Source: an uncultured Chloroflexia bacterium
Lineage (GTDB): Bacteria > Chloroflexota > Dormibacteria > Aeolococcales > Aeolococcaceae
Direction: 5' to 3'
Length of the DNA stretch: 64,000 bases
NCBI GenBank assembly: GCA_963846365.1
Contig: CAWJVN010000007.1
Span: 848,025 to 912,024, forward strand
Both the position numbers and the translations under genes were made by a program. Position 1 is the first letter of the stretch. Each line of letters starts with the position of its first letter. Below, piece after piece: positions 1-8,447 of the stretch. Under the pieces are notes generated by a model that worked only from the letters and a program-made list of their open reading frames with translations, did no database searches and was not told the origin of the DNA.

Positions 1-669
1 TCCACCGAGTTCGGCTACGCCGAGCTGCCCGACGCGTACGCGACCGGCTCCAGCCTGATGCCGCAGAAGAAGAACCCCGACGTCCTCGAGCTGATCCGCG
101 GGCGCACCGGGCGGGTCACCGGCGCGCTGGTGTCCCTGCTCACCACCCTCAAGGGGCTGCCGCTCGCCTACAACCGCGACCTGCAGGAGGACAAGGAGGC
201 GATCTTCGACGCCGTCGACACCGCTCAGGCCGCGGTCGAGATGCTCACCGATGTGGTCAGGGTCGTCCAATTCGACGTCGAGGCGATGGCGCAGGCCGCC
301 TCCGACCCGCTGCTGATGGCCACCGACGTCGCCGAGTGGCTGGTGGTGCGCGGGGTGCCGTTCCGCGAGGCCCACAGGATCGTCGGTCGCGCGGTGCGGG
401 TGTCGCAGCGCGCCGGGCGCAGCCTCGCCGAGCTGAGCGCCGCCGACTGGGCGGCGATCGACCAGCGCATCGCCCCCGAGGTCACCGAGCTGTTCGACAC
501 CGAGCGCAGCCTGCGCCGCCGCGAGGTGCCGGGCGGCCCGGGCCCGCGAATGGTGTCACGGCAGCTGGTGCGCGCCGCGGCGATGGTCGCCAAGACACGG
601 CGGATGGTCCCGATGCTCGCCAAGCAGACCCAGCGGATGCGCGAGGTGGGCGCGGCGGCGCGCCGCTAG
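1..669 (+). CDS. argH: argininosuccinate lyase, C-terminal part (gene starts upstream of window)
   Basis: Translation contains the SSLMPQKKNPD(V/A)LELIRG lyase signature; frame is open from base 1; stop at 667-669. Confidence 0.9.
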   Translation, partial: STEFGYAELPDAYATGSSLMPQKKNPDVLELIRGRTGRVTGALVSLLTTLKGLPLAYNRDLQEDKEAIFDAVDTAQAAVEMLTDVVRVVQFDVEAMAQAASDPLLMATDVAEWLVVRGVPFREAHRIVGRAVRVSQRAGRSLAELSAADWAAIDQRIAPEVTELFDTERSLRRREVPGGPGPRMVSRQLVRAAAMVAKTRRMVPMLAKQTQRMREVGAAARR

Positions 670-679
670 CGGCCCCCCG

Positions 680-1347
680 CTACGGGTGGGGCGTCGACTG
701 CGGCAGGTGGAGGTCGTTCTCGATGACGTTGGTGGCGGTGAGCTGCGCGTCCTCGGTGTCGACCAGCTTCTGCAGCCATGGGCCGAGGTCGTTGAAGCTC
801 GCCACCTGCGAGGCCTGCACGAAGGTCCACTGCACCGTGGCCACGGAGCTGACCAGGGCGTTGGCGTCGTTGGTCATGGTGGCGGGCCAGGGCAGCGCAC
901 GCAGCTGCTGCGCGTAGGTGCTGAAGATGGTGGCCGCCTGTGCCATCAGCCGCTTGTCGACCTCGAGGTCGCTGTTCGAGGTCTGTCCCTTGATCCCCGC
1001 CAGCGCCTGGCTGTCCTGGTTGCGCAGCGCGACGAAGCTGCGTGCGAGGGCGCTGTAGTCGGGCGCCTTCGCCTGCGGCTGGCCCGGGGTGACCATCCCG
1101 GCGGGCTGGCCGGCCTGCCCGGCCTGCCCGGCCTGCCCGGCCTGCGCGGGCTGTCCCGCCGGACCCTGCGGTGCCGCGGGAATGAGCTGTGCGGGACCCT
1201 GCATCGGATCGACGGTGGCTGACGGCGTGGAGGAGGCGGTGAGGGGGGTGAATCCGCCGCTGGTCGCCCCTGACGAGCCGCACGCGGCCAGCAGGCCGGC
1301 CAGCGCGGTGCCGGTCAGCGCGGCGGCGGTGGAACGGGAGATGTTCA
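680..1347 (-). CDS. lipoprotein of unknown function with (QAG)n low-complexity linker
   Basis: Internal start MNISRST; signal peptide with lipobox LAACGSS; PAGQPAQAGQAGQAGQAGQPAG tract encoded by 9-bp tandem repeat; convergent with argH. Confidence 0.55.
1104..1152. repeat. 9-bp tandem repeat (cggcctgcc)x4-5 inside lipoprotein gene, encodes QAG repeat
   Basis: ggcctgcccggcctgcccggcctgcccggcctgc read directly. Confidence 0.7.
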
Positions 1348-1502
1348 TGATGCAGGTGCTCGCGGTGATGGGGAGTTGGCGGGGATGACGGCGCGTGGGC
1401 TGACCGTCACCCCCGCCAGGGGTCACGTGCGCGCCCGCGTCTGGAGCGGGCGCGACCGGAGGGTCTGACGCGGCCCGGCCGGACCGCGGATGTCAGACGG
1501 TG

Positions 1503-1817
1503 TTAGAGGCCGCCGCCGAGCAGGCCGCCGAGGATGTCGCCGACACCGCCGACCACGTCCTCGAGGCCGTGACCGAGACCGGTATCGTTCCGACCGCCGT
1601 GGCCGTTCCCGTTCCCGTGGCCGTGGCTGTGCCTGGACACGTTGCAGGTGACGTGGCTGCTGTTGACCACGGTGCAGTTGCCGTTGCCCTTGACGGTCGT
1701 CTTGGTCGAGCCGCCGTGGTGGCTCGAGGCGAACGCCGTGGTGGTGGTCACTGCCATGGTCCCCGTGGCCGTGAAGGCGACCGCGGCAAGGACGAGCTTA
1801 GACGAACGCAGACGCAT
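1503..1817 (-). CDS. small secreted His/Gly-rich, two-Cys protein of unknown function
   Basis: MRLRSSKLVLAAVAFTATGTMA signal peptide; AGGAAGGG Shine-Dalgarno 9 nt upstream of ATG; mature part CTVVNSSHVTC...HSHGHGNGNGHGG...GGVGDILGGLLGGGL. Confidence 0.5.
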   Translation of the reverse strand: MRLRSSKLVLAAVAFTATGTMAVTTTTAFASSHHGGSTKTTVKGNGNCTVVNSSHVTCNVSRHSHGHGNGNGHGGRNDTGLGHGLEDVVGGVGDILGGLLGGGL

Positions 1818-1919
1818 TTTTGGCATCCCTTCCTGAGCCCGCCACAAGCTGATGAAGTAGTTCAAACATACACCAGGTGCGGTCGCAGTCAACAACGTTA
1901 GCGCACGAAGTTCGACGCG

Positions 1920-1991
1920 TTCAGCGCATTTGTTGGCGTTCGATTCAATCGAGTTTCAGCGTATATGGGACAATAAATCGATTCAGCGCAT
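1920..1991. promoter_or_regulatory. AT-rich promoter island with three direct repeats TTCAGCG(C/T)AT(A/T)TG upstream of the His-rich protein gene
   Basis: Repeats begin at 1920, 1955, 1982; local GC far below window average. Confidence 0.35.
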
Positions 1992-2018
1992 ATGAGGTGT
2001 TGAGTACGTTCGCTCTTT

Positions 2019-2462
2019 TCACTCTGATCCGCCCTCGCTGCCGGGGACAGTCCCGCCGGCGCCGCTGGTGAACCCGGCGTCGAGGGCCAGCTCCCCGCCC
2101 ACCACGGTGGCACGGGACTCGGCGCGGACGCACACGGTGTCACCGCTGCGCACCTCGGCCATCAGCCAGACCTGCCGCCGGTGGCGGCCGATCAGCCGGG
2201 CGGTCACCGTGATCTCCTGGCCGACCGGCACCGGGACCAGGTAGGTCAGCCGGGTCTCGGCGGTGAGCGCGAACCGGTGGGCCTCGGCGATCGACGCCCA
2301 GGCCATGGCGTCGTCGCAGAGGGCGGCGAGCAGCCCGCCGTGCACCAGGTTGGGTGCGCCGGAGTGGTTGGCGCCGAGGCGGAGCGTGGCGGTCACGGTG
2401 TGGGCCTCGTCGTCGTGGTGGAAGGGGACGTGCAGCCCCACCGGGTTGCCGGGCTCGCACAC
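2019..2462 (-). CDS. PaaI-family hotdog-fold thioesterase
   Basis: NLVHGGLLAALCDDAMA motif; about 147 aa. Confidence 0.75.
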   Translation of the reverse strand: MCEPGNPVGLHVPFHHDDEAHTVTATLRLGANHSGAPNLVHGGLLAALCDDAMAWASIAEAHRFALTAETRLTYLVPVPVGQEITVTARLIGRHRRQVWLMAEVRSGDTVCVRAESRATVVGGELALDAGFTSGAGGTVPGSEGGSE

Positions 2463-2527
2463 CCAGCAGTTCGAACTCGAAGCCGAAGCTGTTGGTCAGC
2501 AGCCGCCGCATCCCCGTCGCCCGCGGC

Positions 2528-3067
2528 TCAGGGGCTGGGCCGGCCGTCCCCGCCGGGGCCACGCCCGGCGAGGACGTCCTCGAGGCCCAGGCCCGCCGTC
2601 CCCCAGGGGTTGGGGCCGGGCTGGGCGAGCTGGATCAGCGCCCCGTGGGCCAGCCGTGGGTGCACGAAGAGCTCCTGCCAGTCGGGGTTCTCGAGGTTGA
2701 CCCCGGTCGCGGTGAGGCCCAGCTCCTCCACCCGGCGCAGCGCGGCACGGATGTCGCGCACCTTGAAGGTCAGGTGGTGGAGACCTCCGGCCGGGCGGCC
2801 GGCGAAGAAGCGGTCGAAGAACGTCGAGCCGGCGAGCGGCTCCATCAGCTCCACCCTGGTGCCGTCGCGGAAGCCGAGCTGCACCACCCGGTAGCCGGTG
2901 CGCCGGTTGTCGCCGCCGGCGCGGAAGCGGCCGCCGAGCAGCTCGCCGTAGAGGGGCAGCAGGTCGCGGATCCGGTGGGCGGCGTGCGCGGCATGATCGA
3001 AGACGGCGTCGATCCCGGCGAGCAGAGCGCCGTCGGCGGCGGGGTCGGGAGCGGGGGAGGAGGTCAC
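2528..3067 (-). CDS. VOC (glyoxalase / methylmalonyl-CoA epimerase-like) family protein
   Basis: Only the C-terminal 179 aa of the 352-aa ORF look VOC-like (HHLTFKVRDIRAALRRVEELG...); GTG start overlapping the upstream stop as GTGA. Confidence 0.65.
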   Translation of the reverse strand: MTSSPAPDPAADGALLAGIDAVFDHAAHAAHRIRDLLPLYGELLGGRFRAGGDNRRTGYRVVQLGFRDGTRVELMEPLAGSTFFDRFFAGRPAGGLHHLTFKVRDIRAALRRVEELGLTATGVNLENPDWQELFVHPRLAHGALIQLAQPGPNPWGTAGLGLEDVLAGRGPGGDGRPSP

Positions 3068-3885
3068 GCCGGGGATTCTCGCGGATCGCGCGCCGCGGAC
3101 CGCTCCGGCGCCGCCGCCCCGTCGATGGGGGGAAGCAGTGCCACCGTCGCCCCGACCGGACCGGCGCCGCTGCCGTCCGCGTTCCAGAAGCGGCTGAAGC
3201 AGCCGTCGAACCCCCAGATCCGGCCGCCGTGGCGTGCCGACGGGTGGTCGCCGCGATGGGGGGTGTGGCCGTGCACCATCCGCCGGGCGCCGAAGCGGGC
3301 CAGGTACCGCTCCAGCCGGGCGTCGTCGTCGTCGAAGGCGCGGCGGCCGACGGTGTGCCAGAACACCGTCCACGCACCGCCCGGCTCGGTGAGCGCCTGC
3401 CGGGCCCGGGCGTTCACGGTGTCCACGTCGTCGCCGAGGCGCGCGTAGGCGTCGTCGTCGCAGTGCTGCACCAGGGTGCCGTCGTCGAGCCGGAGCATCA
3501 GCGGCAGGTCGCGCAGCCAGGCCTCGAGCCCGGGGTCGTCGGCGACCGCGCGGAGGTCGGCCCAGTCGCCCCGGCGCCACAGCCACACCTCGGCGAGCGA
3601 GCGCCGGTCGCCGTTGAGCACCGCCTCCGGGGTGCGGCCGAGGCGCACCTCCTCGAGCACGCTGAGCAGCAGCAGGTCGTGGTTGCCGAGGATGCTGCGG
3701 CTGTTGTGGCGCCCCCGGGCGATGCGCGCCGCGGCGGCGCCGCCACCGGCCCCCGGACGCCCGCCCTGGAAGAAGTCGCCGAGGAACACGGTGTCGACCT
3801 CGTCCTCGGGGTAGCCCGACAGCGCCTCGGTCAGCCGCTCGGCGTCGCCCTGGACGTCGCCGACCACCAGCAGCGGCCTGGGCAC
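3064..3885 (-). CDS. metallophosphoesterase (calcineurin-like / ApaH-like phosphatase)
   Basis: GDVQGD...VFLGDFF...ILGNHD motifs; GTG start at 3885 immediately after the zinc-ribbon gene stop. Confidence 0.75.
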   Translation of the reverse strand: MPRPLLVVGDVQGDAERLTEALSGYPEDEVDTVFLGDFFQGGRPGAGGGAAAARIARGRHNSRSILGNHDLLLLSVLEEVRLGRTPEAVLNGDRRSLAEVWLWRRGDWADLRAVADDPGLEAWLRDLPLMLRLDDGTLVQHCDDDAYARLGDDVDTVNARARQALTEPGGAWTVFWHTVGRRAFDDDDARLERYLARFGARRMVHGHTPHRGDHPSARHGGRIWGFDGCFSRFWNADGSGAGPVGATVALLPPIDGAAAPERSAARDPRESPA

Positions 3886-3887
3886 GT

Positions 3888-4262
3888 TCAGTTCGACGCC
3901 GAGTGGTCGCCGAGCCCGCCGCCGTGGAGCCGGAGGGTTCCCTCCTCCGGGCTGAACTGCTGGCCGCACTCCGGGCACTCGACCATGGTGGCCATGGGGT
4001 CGTCCTCGGGAGGCAGCATCACCGCGGCGCAGCCCGGGCAGGTGAGCGTCACCATCGCGGGCTCGTCCTCGTCGCGCATCTGGCGCGCCGCGGCGGCGAG
4101 GTCGATGGCGACGCCTCCGCACACCGTGCAGCGGTAGGTGGCACGGCGGTCGTCGTGGCTCAGGTAGCGGCCGTCACGGCCCACGATCACCGGAGCGTTG
4201 AGCGCCTCGAAGCGGCCCTCCACGCACTGCGCGGGACACCAGAGGTCGCGTCGAGCAGCCAT
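3888..4262 (-). CDS. small zinc-ribbon protein with four CxxC motifs, unknown function
   Basis: CPAQC...CTVCGG...CPGCAA...CPECGQ; ATG at 4262; first gene of a four-gene minus-strand operon. Confidence 0.6.
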   Translation of the reverse strand: MAARRDLWCPAQCVEGRFEALNAPVIVGRDGRYLSHDDRRATYRCTVCGGVAIDLAAAARQMRDEDEPAMVTLTCPGCAAVMLPPEDDPMATMVECPECGQQFSPEEGTLRLHGGGLGDHSASN

Positions 4263-4290
4263 GCCCCCATGGTGCCAGGGTGGCGCCGAC

Positions 4291-5298
4291 TCAGGCGGAG
4301 GCCCGGGCCAGGGCGAGCTCGGCCACCCGGGCGTGGTGGCGGGCGGCGTCACCGAGCAGCACCCGGTCGACCTTGGCGCGGCGCCAGTGGAGGTGGGCGT
4401 CGTGCTCCCAGGTGAAGCCGATGCCGCCGTGGACCTGGATGCAGGTCGAGGCGCACATCTCGACCGCGCCGGCCGCATAGGCCTTGGCGGCGCTCGCCGC
4501 CAGCGGCAGCTGGGCGGGGTCGTGGTCGGCGGACCAGGCCGCGTACCAGACCAGCGAGCGCAGCTGCTCCACCTGGGCGAACATGTCGACGCACATGTGC
4601 TTGATCGCCTGGAAGCTGCCGATCGGCCGGCCGAAGGCGACCCGCTGCTTGGCGTAGTCCACCGCCATCTCCAGGCAGCGGGCCGAGGTCCCCAGGTCCT
4701 CGGCGGCGAGCACCACCTCGGCGACGTGCCGGGCGCGCTCGACCTCGCCGGCGTCGGGCGCCCCGAGCGCCTCGCCGCCGGTGGGCCGCACCCGGGCGAG
4801 GCCGCGGGTGGGGTCGAGCTGGGGCTGCTCGGTGAGCTCGACCTCGGACCTGGTCGCGATGGTCAGGCCGGACTCGGTGACGGAGAGGAACGCGGTGGCG
4901 CCGAGGGCGCCGATCACCGGAGCGCCCGGCTCCTCGACCACGGCGAGGCGCTCGGTGGCCGAGGCCACCCTCCCGAGGGCGGACCTCGCCGCCTCGCCGC
5001 CGAGGGTGCGGAGCAGCGAGACCGCCCAGCCGGCGCTGCTCACCAGCGGTGCGCTCGACAGGGTGCGTCCCGCCTCCTCGGCGATGACGGCGAGGTCGAG
5101 CACCTCGAGACCGCTGCCCCCGCGGGCCTCGGCGACGAGCACGCCGAGGAAGCCCACCGCGGCGAGCTCGGCGGCGTGGTCGTCGAGGGGGGCGCCGTCG
5201 AGGGCGCGGCGCATCGCCGCCGGGCCGCCGTGGGCCTCGAACCACTCGCGGGCGGTGCGCTGAAGGAGCAGCTGCTGCTCGTCGAGGGCGAAGTTCAT
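4291..5298 (-). CDS. acyl-CoA dehydrogenase family protein, short (335 aa) putative beta-type subunit
   Basis: MNFALDEQQLLLQRTAREWF... ACAD C-terminal domain similarity; ATG overlaps the upstream ACAD stop as ATGA; N-terminal 300 aa of the track ORF is out-of-frame overlap. Confidence 0.75.
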   Translation of the reverse strand: MNFALDEQQLLLQRTAREWFEAHGGPAAMRRALDGAPLDDHAAELAAVGFLGVLVAEARGGSGLEVLDLAVIAEEAGRTLSSAPLVSSAGWAVSLLRTLGGEAARSALGRVASATERLAVVEEPGAPVIGALGATAFLSVTESGLTIATRSEVELTEQPQLDPTRGLARVRPTGGEALGAPDAGEVERARHVAEVVLAAEDLGTSARCLEMAVDYAKQRVAFGRPIGSFQAIKHMCVDMFAQVEQLRSLVWYAAWSADHDPAQLPLAASAAKAYAAGAVEMCASTCIQVHGGIGFTWEHDAHLHWRRAKVDRVLLGDAARHHARVAELALARASA

Positions 5299-6512
5299 GC
5301 CCGCGCCCCCTCGGCGGCGGCGGGCGCCCCCCTGTCCGGACGCGGCTCGCCGGGCAGGCCGAGGACCCGCTCGCCGACGATGTTGCGCAGGATCTCGTTG
5401 GTGCCGCCGGCGATCGCCAGCCCGGGGAACATCGTCATCGCGTACTGCCAGCGGTCGTCGCCGGAGGCGTCGGCGGCGAAGGCGGCGTCGTCGCCGAGCA
5501 GGCGCATCCCGATCTCGGCGGTGAGCTGCCCGAGGGTGACCAGCGAGAGCTTGCCCACCGCCGCCTCGGGCCCGGGGAGGCGCCCCTGGCTCAGCGCGGT
5601 GAGCCGCCGGTAGCCGGTGTAGCGCTGGGCCATCGCCAGCACCACCGCCCGCCCCAGCTGCTCGCGGACCAGCGGCTGCTGGTCGCCGGGCAGCCCGGGC
5701 AGCCGCCGGGCCGCGTCGCGGGTGAGGGTCTCGATGCTGAAGCCGAGGTCGGCGCCGCCGCCGCCGATGGCGAGGCGCTCGTTCATCAGCGTGGTGATCG
5801 CCACCCGCCAGCCGCCGTCCTCCTCGCCGACCAGATTCTCGGCGGGGACGCGGGCGTCGTCGAAGAAGACCTCGTTGAAGTGGGCGTCGCCGGTCATCTG
5901 GCGCAGCGGGCGCACCGTCACCCCCGGCTGCTCCATGTCGATGAGGAACATGCTCAGGCCGGCGTGCTTGGGCAGCGAGGGATCGGTGCGGGCGATGAGC
6001 AGGCCGAAGCGCGAGTACTGGGCGGCGCTGGTCCACACCTTCTGGCCGCGGATCCGCCAGCCGCCGGTGTCGCGGACCGCGCGGGTCTGGAGGCCGGCGA
6101 GGTCGCTGCCCGCCGCGGGCTCGCTGAAGAGCTGGCACCAGATCTCGTCGCCGCGCAGCAGCGGCCGGAGGTAGCGGGTCTTCTGCTCCTCGGTGCCGTG
6201 GGCGATGATCGTCGGCCCGCACATGCCCAGGCCGATGCCGTTCACCAGCGGCGCGCTGCCGGCGCGGGAGAGCTCCTGGTTGACGATCACCTGCTGCATC
6301 GGGGTGCCCCCCCGGCCGCCGTACTCCGCCGGCCAGGTGATGCCCACGAATCCCGCGTCGTAGAGGGTGGCCTGCCAGCGCTGCCGCGGCGCCGCTCCGG
6401 CGGCGTCGGTGTGGCGGTCGCGACCGCGGACCACCTCCTCGGAGTGCTCCTCGAGGAAGCCGCGCACCCGGCCCCGCCAGGCGGCCTCGTCGGGGGTGTC
6501 GTCGAAGTCCAT
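5295..6512 (-). CDS. acyl-CoA dehydrogenase (405 aa)
   Basis: Start MDFDDTPDEAAW; ACAD motifs (GGRGGTPMQQ, FLIDMEQPGV, GGTNEILRNIV). Confidence 0.85.
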   Translation of the reverse strand: MDFDDTPDEAAWRGRVRGFLEEHSEEVVRGRDRHTDAAGAAPRQRWQATLYDAGFVGITWPAEYGGRGGTPMQQVIVNQELSRAGSAPLVNGIGLGMCGPTIIAHGTEEQKTRYLRPLLRGDEIWCQLFSEPAAGSDLAGLQTRAVRDTGGWRIRGQKVWTSAAQYSRFGLLIARTDPSLPKHAGLSMFLIDMEQPGVTVRPLRQMTGDAHFNEVFFDDARVPAENLVGEEDGGWRVAITTLMNERLAIGGGGADLGFSIETLTRDAARRLPGLPGDQQPLVREQLGRAVVLAMAQRYTGYRRLTALSQGRLPGPEAAVGKLSLVTLGQLTAEIGMRLLGDDAAFAADASGDDRWQYAMTMFPGLAIAGGTNEILRNIVGERVLGLPGEPRPDRGAPAAAEGARA

Positions 6513-6621
6513 CGTCCTCCTCGCTCCGCGGTGGTCGCGGTCCGTCAGCGACTCTCTCACAAGGGGCGGGGAACGCCGTCCCGGGCGCACGCCGTGGCGC
6601 ACGCCCGGGACCTCGAGGACG

Positions 6622-7227
6622 TCAGCTGCGGCTGCCCGCCGCGGACGGCACCCAGCCGAGCACCGGCTCGGGGTGCTCGGTGCCGCCGCCGGCGCTGGCA
6701 GGCGGCGTGGGCTGCTCGGCCGGCTCGGGCGGCTGCTGCATCGCGGACCGCCGGCTCAGCGTGATCGCCGCGGCGACGCCGGCCGCGGTCAGCCCGGCGG
6801 CCGCCGCCACCAGCCCGCGGGGCAGGCGGATGCGCAGCAGCCGGTCGAGCGAGTAGGCGCCGGGCCCCTCGAGCGCCTGGTCGAGCGCGATCGCGAGGTT
6901 GGTGAGGGCCAGCTCGGCGCCACCGGCCTGCGCCCAGATCGGCTTGCCGCGGTGGACGGTGCCGGCGGCGACCGCCATCGGCGCCATGCTGACGATGGGG
7001 CCGATGGGATGGAGGAGGCCGAGGCCGGTGAGCACCCCGCCCGCGGTCTCGCCGACGGCGGCGAGCGGCGCCCAGCTGCGCGACGGCCGCAGGCCCTGGC
7101 TCTCCAGCATGCCCGCGAACCCCTCGAGCCCGGGACCGCCGAACCAGCCGGCCAGCTTCTGCGCCCCGTGCCCGCCGAGGAGGCCCCCGAAGGTGAGACG
7201 AAGGGTGAGGCGGCCGAGGTCGTGCAT
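6622..7227 (-). CDS. DoxX-family membrane protein with Pro-rich C-terminal tail
   Basis: MHDLGRLTLRLTFGGLLGGHGAQKLAGWFGGPG DoxX signature. Confidence 0.7.
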   Translation of the reverse strand: MHDLGRLTLRLTFGGLLGGHGAQKLAGWFGGPGLEGFAGMLESQGLRPSRSWAPLAAVGETAGGVLTGLGLLHPIGPIVSMAPMAVAAGTVHRGKPIWAQAGGAELALTNLAIALDQALEGPGAYSLDRLLRIRLPRGLVAAAAGLTAAGVAAAITLSRRSAMQQPPEPAEQPTPPASAGGGTEHPEPVLGWVPSAAGSRS

Positions 7228-7460
7228 CAGCCGCGGCCTCCCCGGGGGTCGGCGCCCACCTCCTCGGGGGTGAGGCCGATCGGGCCCACCGGGCCGGGCT
7301 TCACCGCCACCCAGCGGTCTCCCTCGCACCCCTCGGGGATGGGGGGGAACTCGCCGAGGGTGGTCGCCTCGAAGGTGTGCTCGGTGTCGCCCTCACAGAC
7401 GTAGATGCCGAGCTCGGGAACCCGGTCGCCGGGTCGGTAGGTCGCGCCGCCGCCGTCCAT
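7227..7460 (-). CDS. small hypothetical protein (77 aa), translationally coupled to doxX
   Basis: Strong SD GGAAGGAGG 6 nt upstream of ATG 7460; stop overlaps DoxX ATG by 1 nt. Confidence 0.5.
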   Translation of the reverse strand: MDGGGATYRPGDRVPELGIYVCEGDTEHTFEATTLGEFPPIPEGCEGDRWVAVKPGPVGPIGLTPEEVGADPRGGRG

Positions 7461-7482
7461 GGGCTGCCTCCTTCCGCGAACA

Positions 7483-7499
7483 TGATAGAGACGCTATCA
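7483..7499. promoter_or_regulatory. perfect inverted repeat TGATAG-N5-CTATCA (candidate operator) upstream of the small-ORF/doxX operon
   Basis: tgatagagacgctatca read directly; followed by GGGAGGC x3 direct repeat at 7524-7544. Confidence 0.3.
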
Positions 7500-7550
7500 A
7501 GTCAGGATAGCGCGGCCGTACCCGGGAGGCGGGAGGCGGGAGGCCCTGCC

Positions 7551-8393
7551 CTACGGAAGGTAGAAGGAGAGGCCGATCGTGCCCGGGCCGGCGTGGCAGC
7601 CGACGATGGGGCCGATGTCGATGATCTCGGGCTCGCCCTCGCAGTGCTCGCGGACCCGGTCGGCGAGGCCGCGGCAGTCGGCGAGGCGGTCGGCGTGGCC
7701 GAGCACCACCCGGGCGCGGCGGCCGGTCTCGCCGGTGGCGGCGATCACCTCGGAGGCGATCCGGTCGAGGGCGCGCTGGTAGGTCCGCACCCGGTCGTGG
7801 GGCTCGATCCGGCCGTCGGCGACCTGGAGCACCGGCTTGATGTTCAGCACTGAGCCGAGCAGCGCCCGGGCGCCGCCGATGCGGCCGCCGCGGCGGAGGT
7901 ACTCGAGGGTGTCGACGGTGAAGATGCTGCGCTGCCGGGAGATGATCCCCCTGATCAGCTCCACGATCTCGGCCGCGCTCCGTCCCCCGGCGGCGGCCTC
8001 GACGGCGGCGCGGACGATCGCGTTGTGGCCGATCGCCACGGTGCGGGTGTCGACGACGTGGACGTCGAGCTCGGGGACCGCCTCGCGCGCCTGCACGGCG
8101 GCGCCGTGGGTGCCGCTCATCTCCGCCGACAGGGTGGTGCAGACCACGCTGTCCCCCGCCGCCGCGGCCTCGCGGAAGGCGGCCTCGAACTCGGCCGGGG
8201 TGGGCTGGCTGGTGGTGGGGTTGCGGGTGCTGTTGCGCATCCGCTCGTAGAAGCCCGCGGCGTCGATGTCGACGCCGTCGACCAGCGACTCCTCGCCGAA
8301 GATCACCTTGAGGGGGACGACGATCACCCGGCCGGCGTCGCGATCGGGGTCGGAGAGATCGGCGGTGCTGTCGCACACGAGCCGCACGGGCAT
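7551..8393 (-). CDS. DegV-family fatty-acid-binding protein
   Basis: MPVRLVCDSTADL... DegV fold signature. Confidence 0.85.
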   Translation of the reverse strand: MPVRLVCDSTADLSDPDRDAGRVIVVPLKVIFGEESLVDGVDIDAAGFYERMRNSTRNPTTSQPTPAEFEAAFREAAAAGDSVVCTTLSAEMSGTHGAAVQAREAVPELDVHVVDTRTVAIGHNAIVRAAVEAAAGGRSAAEIVELIRGIISRQRSIFTVDTLEYLRRGGRIGGARALLGSVLNIKPVLQVADGRIEPHDRVRTYQRALDRIASEVIAATGETGRRARVVLGHADRLADCRGLADRVREHCEGEPEIIDIGPIVGCHAGPGTIGLSFYLP

Positions 8394-8447
8394 GGCGGCG
8401 AGCCTAGGGGCGGGCCGAGCGCACCGTCAAGCCGCACAATCCCCCCG

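Noticed and set aside
2354-3448. 364-aa plus-strand ORF rich in Arg/Pro/Gly
   Set aside because: Antisense to the well-supported VOC and metallophosphoesterase genes; composition typical of high-GC shadow frames; no domain similarity
2528-3586. Full 352-aa ORF as the VOC gene
   Set aside because: Only the C-terminal 179 aa look VOC-like. The upstream part overlaps the phosphoesterase gene out of frame, and a GTG start at 3067 gives the GTGA coupling.
4291-6222. 643-aa single ORF spanning both ACAD genes
   Set aside because: Only the last 335 aa resemble an ACAD; the N-terminal 300 aa are an out-of-frame read-through across the upstream ACAD gene. The true start is the ATG at 5298, overlapping that gene's stop.
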